37,063 nucleotides of DNA from Chiloscyllium plagiosum (lineage: Eukaryota), in contig NC_057756.1 in NCBI RefSeq assembly GCF_004010195.1, positions 4,594,413 through 4,631,475 on the forward strand. The letters are read 5' to 3'. The notes under the pieces were generated by a model, which was not told the DNA's origin, searched no databases, and saw nothing but the letters and a program-made list of their open reading frames with translations. This document shows, in pieces, positions 10,470 to 22,099 of the stretch. How positions within the stretch are numbered: the first letter of the stretch is position 1; every line of letters begins with the position of its first letter. Both the position numbers and the translations under genes were made by a program.

Positions 10470-10890
10470 TGAATGAGTGTGAACTGATAATAATAAGTAT
10501 TATTCATGCCTCTCGAGTCCAGGGAGCAAACATGTCGATTAAGAGATAACCTACCAATTGTCCCTTGATGTTAAAATTTACTATCATCGCTGAAAGCAAC
10601 AGTTTCAACATCCTGGTAGCTATCATTCAACAGAAATTAAAAAGGATACGCTGTAAAATCACTATGCCACGAGTGAAAGCTTGGCTTCAGCCAGCGAGTA
10701 AATCAGCATTGATTTCCCCACTGCCTGTCCATTTTGTATAAGACATATGTGTGATGTAAAAGTCTCATCTTGTCTGGACGAATTAAGATTCACCAACAGG
10801 AAGATTATCAACACAAACAACATGAAAGCTTCAGTAACCTGCAAAGCAGTCATTCAAACCATTGGGCAACAGAACTCAGATTTAGTGTGG
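10470..10890 (+). mobile_element. Old degenerate LINE RT 3' fragment (CR1/L2 group)
   Basis: Residual similarity, recognised by eye, to a common elasmobranch LINE (tcaacatcctgg..cagaaat..gcctgtcca..); boundaries approximate. Confidence 0.45.
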
Positions 10891-12744
10891 ATATTCATTG
10901 TTCAGTTGGCAAAGCAGATCAGGTGCTTCACAAACATCACACAAAACGTCAGCACATAAGGATATGACGACATGAAAACTTAAATTGGACACTCTTTTGT
11001 GTATTCTCATAAATTAACGTATTTGTGACAGCTCCTACAGCTGCTTGATTCTCAAGGTCTATCCCCCAGTTCCTAAACCATTATCAATATTTTGTGAGTA
11101 GAAATGTTATGTAGGAATAATGAAAATAATGTTGCATATTGAAGGAGGATTTGTTACTCAGTAGAAATGGAACATGCCTGTCAAACATAATCGCTAGTTC
11201 AGTTGCGCCCAAGGCATAATGGCCAAGTCAAATGTACACAATGCAACATTTCAGGTGCATTTTAAGTCTGGAAATCTTTTCGTTTGCATACACCTAATTC
11301 AAATGCGAAAAATGTGGCAGATTCCTCAATATCAAACTGATCAAAAAAAATATTGATGCGTCGAACAGCAATATCAATACCTGCAGTCAATATCGTTGAT
11401 GTGAAATTACATTTTGCCCCAAGTAGTTTTTACTCCACAAATGAACGAGTTCATCCCTGGTATATTCGTCTTAGAACAAACTAAGAGTATGTCAAAAAGT
11501 TGACTATTAAGCAAGGTCATTGTTGATAGAATAAAAAATCCATGCACTTCGTTAATGCCAAATCACTTATATTGCACAAAGCGGTGGTGGTAAGTGGAAT
11601 CGTTAATTGGATCGAATTTAGGTATGCAGTGCGGTCGCCTGCGAGACATCAGCAGGCCTGGAATTCACTTTATACAGAAAAGAATAGTTTGGCAATGTGC
11701 AGATTGGGCAAATAACGCGTGGAGAAATTTTCACACAGGGAAGTGTGAGATGTTATATAAAATAAGGTATACAATTGTAAATTATTTTCAATTGCAGGAA
11801 AAAAACAAATTGGATGTCGATGTCTGGAGCATTGAAAGCAACACTAATAGTGAACACTTCAGTTAATTAACTCTTCAGTGTCTTCAATGTTCGTGAAGAG
11901 TGCACAGAAGACAGATTTAAGGTTAATATCCAGAGGATTATATTAGAAAGTAGCAGTACAGCTCAGAGCAGAACTGTCATAATAGGATACAGAGAAAGAA
12001 TTCAGAGTTATGGCAGTATCAACGTAAATATTTTATACTGGCAAAACGATGGATAGGCAGCAGACTCGAAGTAAAGCAAATTGTTAAAGAACCGACGGAA
12101 ATATGAGTCTTCTACAGAGTACTTTTTAACGATCTGCCATAATCTATCTAAAATTAACCACATTATAGAATGACGCCTTTACAATGGGAATTGAGTAGGT
12201 TCCTTCAAGGGAACTATGGAACTAACTTCACTAGACATTGCTTCTATCTGTATCTTGATCAATGAATAAATTCAGGTGGAGCACGAACTTCAGATTATTT
12301 ATAAAATGGCGCATTCAGAATGGAATTATCGAAGAATATCACTGGAGACATATTCGGGGAGAAATTTCACAGTCATTCCAAGGAAGTGACAGAGTATGCA
12401 AACATTAAAATATCTAAAGCTTTGAAAGGAACAAACGGGGAAGCCATATTTAATTAGTGGTTTTTCAGTAAAATGTGCAAAGTGTTTGTCATTTAATAAA
12501 TTAATTGGTGGCATTAATAGTGCTTAATGGGTAAGATCTTAAACCCATTAGGGAGACTTGTTTGTAAAGACATCAAAGCTGTGATCTAAGTATTAGAGAT
12601 TTTGGGTCAGCTTGAAAGGACAAATAGAAAAGAAAGTATGGTGAGATAGTTTTGTTTTAGCATGTAATTAAATAATTATGACAGTAAAAGAAAAATCAAT
12701 GAAATTACACAAGTAGGAGCAGGTAAAAAATGGATAGGGAAAGA

Positions 12745-13990
12745 ATAGAATAGAACATAGAACATTACAATACAGCACAGGCCCTTGGGCTCTCGATGTT
12801 GCGCCAAACTGTGGAAACAATGGGAAGCTTATCTATCCCACACGATTCCATTTTCATCAATATGTTCGTACAATGACCATTTAAGTGCCCTTAAAGATGG
12901 CGAGTCTACTAATGTTGCGGGCAGGGCTTCAAAGGTCCATGCTACTCTCTGATTAAAGAAATACCTTTGACATCTATCCTAAATTTATCATCCCTCAATT
13001 TTAAGCTAGATAGTCCTCTCATGCTAGCCATTACCATCCGACGAAAAGGGGTCTCACTGTCCACCATATCTAATCCTCTGATTATCTTATGACTCAATTA
13101 AGTGACCTCCCAAACGTATTGTCTCTAATGAAATCAGCCTCATCTCACTCAGCCTTTCCTCACAAGACCTTCCCTCCATACCAGAGAACATCCGAGTATA
13201 TCGCCTCTGAACGCTTTCCAAAGCTTCCACATCCTTCCTATAATTAAGTGACCAGAACTGTACGCAATACTCCAAGTGCAGCTACACCAGAGTTTTTACA
13301 GCTGTTGCATGACCTCATGGTTCCAAAACGAGATCCCTCTATCAATGAAAGTTCACAGACCATATGCCTTTTAAACAACTCCATCAACCTAGGGAGCAAC
13401 TTTCAGGGATGTATTTGCATGGACACCAAGATCTTTCTGCTCATTTACACTGCCAAGAATGCTAGCATTAGCCCAATATCCCGCATTCCTGTTGCTTCTT
13501 CCAAAGTGAATCACCTCACCCTTTTCCACATTCAGAACTATCCACAACTCCCCTGAACTTACTGTCATCCACAAATTTACTAAAACATCCATCCATGTCC
13601 TCATCCAGGTCATGTATAAAAGTGACAAAGTGGACCAAAAACAGATCCTTGCGATACATCACGAGCAACTGAACTCCAAAATGAACATTTCCTACCGAAC
13701 ATCACCTTCTGTCTACTTTTAGCTAGCCAATTTCTGATCCAAACTGCTAAATGATCCTCAATCACGTGCCTCCATATTTTGTTTAATAGCCTACTTTGGG
13801 GAACCTTATCAAATGCCTTACTGAAATCCATATACATCACATCAACCATTTTACACTCATCCACCTGTTTGGTCACTTCCTGAAAGAACTCAATAAGTTT
13901 TATGAGGCATTACTACACTTCACAAAACCGTTTGACTATCCCGAAACAACTTATTACTTTCTAAATGATTATTAATCTTATCTCTTATAA
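12745..13990 (-). mobile_element. CR1 (HER1-like) LINE, 5'-truncated and decayed
   Basis: ORF fragments YMDFSKAFDKVP, EYCVQFWS..KDVEALESVQRR; tail (gaata/gaacata)n at 12745-12765. Confidence 0.92.
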
Positions 13991-14129
13991 ACTTTTGCAA
14001 GTATTCTTCGGACACACAAAAATCATCGTTTTTGTCAGTTGGAGAATAAGAAAACTGCAAGGTTATGTACCTTCACAGGTAGAATAGAAGAGCTGATGGA
14101 ATTTGGGAGTCATTGTTTTAACACCAACA

Positions 14130-14955
14130 GCAATAACTGCAGACAACATAACTGATGCAAAAATAAATGCAATCCAGCGTCAGCAGGTAGCAAGAAAGGC
14201 AAGTGAACTTTTTATATTATTTTAAGAGGAATCTAGTATCAAAAAAGGGAAACCTGGATTACACTGTACAATGAACTGAACATAGAATATATATTGAAGT
14301 CCAAACTATATATGTCCCCTGGTCTAAAGAAAAACACAATGTTGTGGAAATCTGTACACGGAGGTTTCATTGGTCTGATTTTCCGAATTGAGTGACTTCT
14401 TATGATGAGTTGTTCAACATTTTCTGCTTCTGCTCACTAAAGTTTAGAGCAATGAAAGGAGATATTCTTGTTAGGTATAAGATTGACAGGTGCCTTGCCA
14501 AGATAAATGTAGAGACATTAATTCTCACTGTGTGGTTGTAGGACAAACAGTCATAATCCAAGGGCAGCCCACTTCAGCCAAACATAAAGAGGTATTTATT
14601 CTCTGAAAGAATTATGCATTTCTGAATATTACTGTAAAGCTTAGATCTGACGATGTTGTACTGAGATGTGTATTACAGCCTGGAAATGAGAAATATTTAG
14701 CAATGAGTGTAGTAAAGTTGTTAGAATAGGGAACTGAACTCGAACTGAAGGTTGCAAGATTGGCATGACGTCATTGGCTGGATGGAAAGACTTGATGGAT
14801 CAAAGACCAGCTTCGCTTGCAATGTTTAACAGTCTTAGGATAAAAACGTAGGGTGAATGAGGAACTATGAAAGAGTAAGATGAATCGATTTGGTGGTGTT
14901 GAAACACAAGCACAAACCCAATGGACAAAATGCCTGTGAACATTTTATGTTCTTA
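14130..14955 (+). mobile_element. Highly degenerate CR1 3' fragment
   Basis: Residual CR1 ORF2 C-terminal and 3' UTR similarity, ending ttttatgttctta; boundaries approximate. Confidence 0.5.
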
Positions 14956-15119
14956 TTTCCTTCGATCAGGATTGGCCTATTTTGGACCGTCCAACAGCTG
15001 TGGAAGGCGCAAACTATTGAGAAATTAGTATAATTCAAAAGCTATTTATACGTGTTGTGCATTAATAATTGTTATGCACGAGAAAAGAAAGGGGTAGCAC
15101 AGTGCCCCAATGATGAGTG

Positions 15120-15420
15120 GCATGGTAGCTCACATTGTTTGTGTGGAGTTTTCACACTATCCCCAAGTCTGCATTGGTTTCCTATGGTTTCCTGCCACAT
15201 TCCAAAGATGTACAGGTCAGTTGGTCTGGCCATGCTAAATTGCCATTGGAATCCAGTGATGAGTAGGTTAGGTGGATTAGCCTTGGGGAATACAGGGTTA
15301 CAGGAATAGCGTCAGAAGGTGAGTCTGGATGGGATGCACTTCGGAAAGTCAGTGTGTACTTGTTGGACTGAAAGGCTTTTTCTGCACTGTAGGGATTCTA
15401 CGATTCTAAGGATTCTATGA
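15120..15420 (+). mobile_element. HE1-like SINE
   Basis: tgtgtggagttttcacact..ggccatgctaaattgcc..ctgtagggattctacgattctaaggattctatga. Confidence 0.8.
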
Positions 15421-15448
15421 TAATTATGGAAAAAGTCCATCTACTCAC

Positions 15449-15703
15449 CACGTCCAATGTAGCAATATGAATATGAATACCGATGCCCAGCTGTGCATTT
15501 GTAAATAGTATTCCATTCATCCACAAACTCGTGCTTTGAGATATTTATCGTGAACCGCGGGGTGTTGGATGTCTCCCTGTAGAGGTTATTTGGCCCAGTC
15601 CAAGTGAGAGTAGGGAAGGGGAGACCACCACGATAGTAGCAATCCAAAATAACAAAGTCTTCAGAATAGGACGAAATGCATGATAAGTACGAATTCGATC
15701 TAG
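15449..15703 (-). CDS. Gene A exon: single Ig-like domain with 4 Cys (255 nt, phase 1-1)
   Basis: Acceptor ctttcag| at 15704, donor G|GTGAGT at 15448. Open frame RSNSYLSCISSYSEDFVILDCYYRGGLPFPTLTWTGPNNLYRETSNTPRFTINISKHEFVDEWNTIYKCTAGHRYSYSYCYIGR with Ig-type C..GG.P.P.L.W and Y.C...H motifs; N-glycosylation sequon NIS. Confidence 0.9.
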
Positions 15704-17182
15704 CTGAAAGGTAAGCTAAAATGAAATTGTGAATGTTTATGTCAGTAATTCTGCTTGAGATTTGCAATTAACCGTTAAGAAAGATTTAGTCTAATTATAG
15801 AACATATAGAACTTATTATGTAACAGCACAGTACAGTCCTTTCAATCCTCAATTTTGTGCCGAGCTGTGGAACTAATCTGAAGGCTATCAGATCAACACT
15901 ATTCCATGTGCGCCTCCAATGACTATTTAAATGCCCTTACATTTGGCGAGTCTACTATCGTTGCAGGCAGTGTTCACTCCCCAATTCTTTCTCAGTGAAG
16001 AAACTACCTCTGGCATCTGTCGAATATCGCTCACACTTCAATTTAAAGCTATGTCCCCTGGTGCTAGCCATCACCATCTGAGGAAAAGGGCTCTCACGGC
16101 CCAATCTGTCTAACCCTCTGATTATCTTATATGTTTCAATTAAATCGCCTCTCAACCTTCTTCTCTCTAACGAAAATAGCCTCAAGTCCCACAGCCTTTC
16201 CTCTCAAGACCTTCCCTCCATATCAGGCAACATCCGTGTCAATCTCCTCTGAACCCTTTTTAAAACTTCCGCATGTTTCCTAGAATGTGGTGACCAGAAC
16301 TGTATGCAATACTCCAAATGTGGCCAGAGTTTTACACGGCTGCAGCATGATTTCTTGGTTCCAAACTCAATCGATCTAACTATGAAAAACTAACAGACCG
16401 TATGCCTTCTTAACAAACTTATCAACTTGGGTGGCAACGTTCAATGATCCATGTAGCTGGACACCGAGATGTCTCTGCTCATCTATGCTTCCAAGAATCT
16501 TACCATTAGCCCAGTACTCCGCATTCCTGTTACTCCTTCGAACGTGAATCACCTGACACTTTTCTGCATTAAACTCCATTTGCCATCTCTCAGCCCAGTT
16601 CTGCAGCTTATCTATGTCTCTCTGTAACCTACAACATTCGGCCACGATCCACAGCACTACTAATCTTAATGTCATCTGCAAATTTAAAAACCCATCCTTC
16701 TATGCTCTCATCCAGATTGTTGTGGTTCTGTTCGCCGAGCTGGAAGTTTTTGATGCAAACGTTTCATCCCCTGGCTAGGCGACATCATCAGTGCTTGGGC
16801 GCCTCCTGCGAAGCGTTTCTTTGATGTTTCCTCCAGTGTTTATAATGGTCTGTCCCTGCCGCTTCCGGTTGTCAGTTTCAGCTGTCCGCTGTAGTGGTTG
16901 GTATATTGGGTCCAGGTCGATGTGTTTGTTGATGGAGTTTGTGGATGAATGCCATGCCTCTAGGAATTCCCTGGCTGTTCTTTATCTGGCTTGCCCTATG
17001 ATAGTAGTGTTGTCCCAGTCGAATTCATGTTGCTTGTTGTCTGCGTGTGTGGCTACTAAGGATAGCTGGTCGTGTCGTTTCGGGGCTAGTTGATGTTCAT
17101 GTATGCGGATTGTTAGCTGTCTTCCTGTTTGTCCTATATAGTGTTTTGTGCAGTCCTTGCATGGCATTTTGTACACTACATT

Positions 17183-17493
17183 NNNNNNNNNNNNNNNNNN
17201 NNNNNNNNNNNNNNNNNNNNNNNNNNNNNNNNNNNNNNNNNNNNNNNNNNNNNNNNNNNNNNNNNNNNNNNNNNNNNNNNNNNNNNNNNNNNNNNNNNNN
17301 NNNNNNNNNNNNNNNNNNNNNNNNNNNNNNNNNNNNNNNNNNNNNNNNNNNNNNNNNNNNNNNNNNNNNNNNNNNNNNNNNNNNNNNNNNNNNNNNNNNN
17401 NNNNNNNNNNNNNNNNNNNNNNNNNNNNNNNNNNNNNNNNNNNNNNNNNNNNNNNNNNNNNNNNNNNNNNNNNNNNNNNNNNNNNNNNNNNNN
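17183..17493. other. Assembly gap (N run)
   Basis: Run of n. Confidence 1.
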
Positions 17494-18152
17494 TCTGGCC
17501 CAGAGTTTGGGTTGAATTTGTGGTAGGGCTGTTTGTTCTAACCTTTGCATAACTGCCTCTGCTATGAGTCCAGAGATGGGTGAGGCCATGGGTGTTCCGT
17601 TGATTTGTTCGTATATGTGGTTGTTGAATGTGAAGTGTGTTGTGAGGCACAAGTCCAGTAGTTTGAGTATGCCGTCTTTGTTGATAGGTTCAGCGTCCTG
17701 TTTTCTGTTCTGTATGTCCAGTAGGTTGGCTATTGTTTCTCTGGCTAGGGTTTTGTCAATCGAAGTGAACAGTGCCGTCACGTCGAATGATATCATGGTT
17801 TCTTCTTTGTCTATGTGTATATTTCTGATGATGTCCAAGAATTCCTGTGTTGATTGTATAGAGTGTTTGGATCCGCTGACCAGGTGTTTCAGTTTCTGTT
17901 GTAGTTCTTTGGCCAGTTTGTATGATGGTGTCCCTGGCAGTGACACTATGGGTCTGAGTGGGATGTCTGGTTTGTGTACTTTAGGTAATCCATAGAATCT
18001 GGGGGTGTTGTTGCTTTCCGGTTTCATTCTTTGTAGGTCAGCTCTGGTTATCTGTCCGATTTTTGTAGCTTCCTAAGTGTGTTATTTATCCTATTGGTGA
18101 GTTGTGGTGTGGGGTCAAATTCCTTCATTTGGTGTTAGCAGGAGGCTCCCAA

Positions 18153-18192
18153 GCACTGATGATGTCGCCTAGCCAGGGAACGAAACGTTTGC
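18153..18192 (+). ncRNA. Minimal hammerhead ribozyme-like motif (mirror copy on minus strand near 16754-16794)
   Basis: GCA CUGAUGA (18156-18162) .. GAAAC GUU UGC; stem I GCA/UGC. Confidence 0.6.
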
Positions 18193-18482
18193 AACAAAAA
18201 CTTCCAGCTCGGCGAACAGAACCACAACAACGAGCACCCGAGCTACAAATCTTCGCACTAACTTTGAACTCTCATCCAGATTATTTATGTAAATGAAAAC
18301 AACAGTGGACCCAAAAAAGGTCCTTGCGGTACCAAACTAGTAACTGAACTTCAAGATGAATATTTCCCATCAACCACTACCCTCTGATTTCTTTGAGTTT
18401 GCCAATTTCTGATCCAAACTGCTAAATCACCATCAATCCCATGCCTCCATATTTTGTACAATGGTCCACCTGGGGAACCTGG

Positions 18483-18968
18483 CAAATATGGTGCACCACA
18501 AAATGGAGCAGTTTTATAGGACGTGGTGGCCCTTTTTCAATTATATTGACGCTGACTTGTCCGCAATATTAGTTAGGGCCATGGCATAGGGTGCCCGTGG
18601 GGATCCGGGAGGAGGAGACTGAAAGGAAAAGAATATGGATACTGTAGGTGATACTCGCTGGGATGGGAGCCTCAATTGAGGTGTGATGAATAAGATAGAA
18701 TAAAGTAGTGGTATTATGTAGTTTATGTTACATGAATGTAGTTTAAGCTGGTACATATTTAATATGTTTGTAGTTTAGTTTTAAATAAGTAGATATGTTT
18801 GTTTTGGTAAAATAGTGTGTTGTTTATTAACAATGGTACTACGCTATGAATTTGTTCTTAGTACTACTTTTTTTGACTGTTTTGATAGAGTTATTATTTT
18901 TCTTTTTATATAAATGTTCTGTAAAAGATTTTAAAAAGCTTTTCAATAAAAATAATCTATTTTTAAAA
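18483..18968 (+). mobile_element. L1-clade LINE 3' end
   Basis: ORF2 C-terminus NMVHHKMEQFYRTWWPFFNYIDADLSAILVRAMA* (F..W.PF..Y motif), T-rich 3' UTR, tcaataaaaa tail. Confidence 0.75.
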
Positions 18969-20114
18969 TGCTGTTACGTGAGCAAGGCATGTTTTTGCAT
19001 CATTCTTGTGCATAGAAGTGGTTGTTCTTGCGGAGGTGTAGGTTTCCGCACGATTGCACAGGATGAAACCAACTTCCAAAGATTGACTGGCAGAATTGAA
19101 ACACTTCAGCAATCAGGTAACCTGCTAAACGTTGCAAAATAACTTTATACTTCAAAATCACAACTAAATGGGAGTAAAGTGAAGTCGCCCTAGACTAATT
19201 AGAGATAAACAACTGAAGCTCAGATTTATCTGCCGACCACTGTGCATTGGTTGAGTGGCGTGGTTTAGAACGTGGAGCTTTCACACAACCTCAGTTGATG
19301 CAGGAGACTCTGACCAAAATAAAAAGGACGTTGCCCTAATTGGACCGCCTGAGAGATAACCAAAAATGTCGCTTAGTTAATTTGTAAAACCAAAAGGCAT
19401 GAGATAACGTGGGTGAAAGTTTTGAACACTTCATACTCCTGCACCTTTCGTTTTTAGTCAATAGCATTGACGGCATAAATTCTGCAAAAAAAGTTCCATC
19501 TTTCAAGTAGGAATTCTCCAAGATTTTATTACTGAGGTTTCATTCGCAGGCATCATCATATGCTTAGACCTCAATTGAGGTGGGATTATGGAATGTTATT
19601 TATTTCAAAAGTCACAAATATTTACACTTCTCCAATTGTTCATTATTGGACAAGATAATAAACATGTTGGTATCATCATTATTTCATGATTATTGTAAGA
19701 GGTATTAGTGTCACTGCCAAATTCTGCGTTTGTGTCCCATGCTTAATTGTTATTTCCTGAGTATCTTTAAAACGCCACTTTAAAGAACAATTGGTTTTGG
19801 TTATGGAGAAACCGCTAAGGAGGTATTCTGGTCATTTCTACCTTTCCTCATACAGCTTCTTTAGATTTCACAATGAACAATTTGATTTTTAGTTTCTCCT
19901 GCATTCGTCATAATACAGTCAGTTACAAACATATTTTCCTCAACCCATTTCTGTGCTTTGGATTTGTTGCAAACCTGTCATATCCCTGAGTTTTTCTGTT
20001 TCTAATGGACGATGATCAATCTGCAAAATTAGTTATTTTTCTCTCCTGAAATCTCATCTTTTGTATGTTTAATTTTCAGAATAGCCATTCGCAGTAATTT
20101 GTTTTGGTAACTAA

Positions 20115-20729
20115 TGTGATATATTAGGCCCGGTCACTCAAAATATTCTTAAGCAGGCAGCCTAGACCACAACTTTGCAAGATGCTTTGGTAAGTGTACA
20201 GTGAAAATTATCCGGAGTAAGTTAGCTAGGTTGAAAACAGACAAAACTTTATTCACAATATTTCACGTTGAACCACGACAAGCAGAATAAAGAACCCCGG
20301 CAGAAGTCATTCGAGCCAAACTAGACTTAATTATGCTGTTCTGATTATATACAACAGTCCTAATAAGCAAACCCACTTAAAAAAATAGTAAATGCTTACA
20401 CTTTGAACTTAGAAGGGCAGAAGGAGGGAGATAGCATGTGCCAACACAGCTGAACTCCTGACTACTTATGGACTGAACTGCTCAGCTGGAGAAATGACCA
20501 TTCCCCTTTCATTATACAGGTCACATCTAAAAAAAATGACCACTTTGGCCCCAAAGTCTCATTTGTTTACATATAAACAAAATGCCCCTCAACATCTTTT
20601 TCATCGCTGTACCAAACTAGCACCTCAGAGCAGGGAGCTGTTCACTACTCATTTGGGAAATTTTTTTTATCATATCCTTGAGAAAAGGAACAGCTTTTTT
20701 TATATAAAAAAAGTACCAGCTTTGTGACA
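20115..20729 (-). mobile_element. Solo LTR in gene A intron 1
   Basis: TG...CA ends, flanks ctaa/ttaa (4-bp TSD with one mismatch); related copy at 34660-35204. Confidence 0.7.
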
Positions 20730-20966
20730 TTAAGTAAAATGTGACATTGCCTGAAGAAGTGGGCATGTTGTGCATTCAACTTCATATAACAACAGGGCGA
20801 AATCAAACGATTATTTAGAAATTATCACAAACAACACAATGTATTACAATGGCATTTACGGTCATCTGATAGATGGTTTTACTAACAGTTAGAAGCACTG
20901 AATTGTATGAAAGCATAGTTCATCACTAAAAACGTTTTCATTTCACACGTGAGAAATTTATCTTAC

Positions 20967-21021
20967 ATGTAAATTGAGCCAGGTAGAGAAGACCAACCAA
21001 AGTGATGCTTCTCCGTGCCAT
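20967..21021 (-). CDS. Gene A exon: signal peptide MARRSITLVGLLYLAQFT (55 nt, ends phase 1)
   Basis: ATG at 21021-21019; basic N-region (RR) then hydrophobic core; donor T|GTAAGA at 20966-20961; phase joins the Ig exon in frame (..FT-S-RSNSY..). Confidence 0.75.
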
Positions 21022-22099
21022 AATGTCGGTTGGTACACAGGTGGAATATTTATGCTGATAAAGTTTTCTCTTCAGGTATGGATCTTCAACCGACTATGCC
21101 CAAGCTGTGATCTGCCAATACAGCAGTTAGGAGGAATTTGAAATACACTGCTTGTTAACGGATTCCTCATTTCATCACTTCTCACTTCGCAGATGCATCC
21201 TCTATTACAAAATTTCCTTGTTCGACATCAGGGAAGCAATTCTGATTACACGCTATTTCTGATAGTCACTGGATTTCTCAAAAGCATTGTTTAATTGAAG
21301 GCATCATTTATTTGCAATATAAATTGATTTCATTTGTGACTTCTTGGGAAGAACACCAAATTATCTGAAACACTGAAGCAAAATCCAAACGGGTAGCAGC
21401 ACCCTCTGCTCCCAAATGAAGAAGGACCTAATTCAAGATCGTATCCAGGTGGAATTTTGTCCCCATCTGCCTCATTTAAAGTTGAGATAAATAAAGTCGA
21501 AATTGACAAACTTTTATTTTATGCATATAATTTATTTTGTAGATTCCTCAACTTGAATTTCACTACATCCGCACGAAAGACAAACAAAGGCATTCAGACA
21601 ATTTCGCACCTTGATGATAGGCACAGCACTGTGAAAACAGAAAGATTCCTGATACCAAGGGACAAGAGTTAAAGGGGTGTTTAGGTCACAAGTCATCTTT
21701 GCAGATCAAAGGCAAGTTTTACTGAGCAGATGAAATAGTTCAACTTTCTGATGATTGTCTTTTAAGATTTATTGGCTTGTTGAGTTACTTTAGCTTGTTT
21801 GCCCTGTTACAAGAACGGCAAAACCATTGTAGTTCAATTACATACGATCGCAAAAAACAATTTGAACACGTCAGACCCCAATCCCACATCCAATGTTTCA
21901 TCATTTTACATTCAGGGCATGCAGACATATTGTCAATGGCAAGGTGTATTTACTCTTGATAACCGGTTGGAGAACCAGCTATTTAGACCAATGTATCTTT
22001 CTACTCACGGTTTTGACATAAGGTGTCAGGATTTTGATCCAGCGCAGCAAATGAATGCACATATCAGATCAAACTATGAGGATGTGCAGCTTGAAGCAG

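Larger units (their letters stand above)
16719..18268 (-). mobile_element. Penelope-like retroelement (RT + GIY-YIG), 5'-truncated with inverted terminal repeat piece (about 18135-18268); contains an N gap
   Basis: PRFYGLPKVHK..PLRPIVS, SFDVTALFT, QINGTPMASPIS, YIGQTGRQL; 14-bp TSD CTCTCATCCAGATT at 16705-16718 and 18269-18282. Confidence 0.95.
15797..18480 (-). mobile_element. CR1 LINE 3' part, split by a Penelope insertion at 16719-18268
   Basis: LFSLERRRLRGDLIETYKI and LQRDIDKLQNWAERWQMEFNAEKC; CR1 sequence resumes at 18269. Confidence 0.92.
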
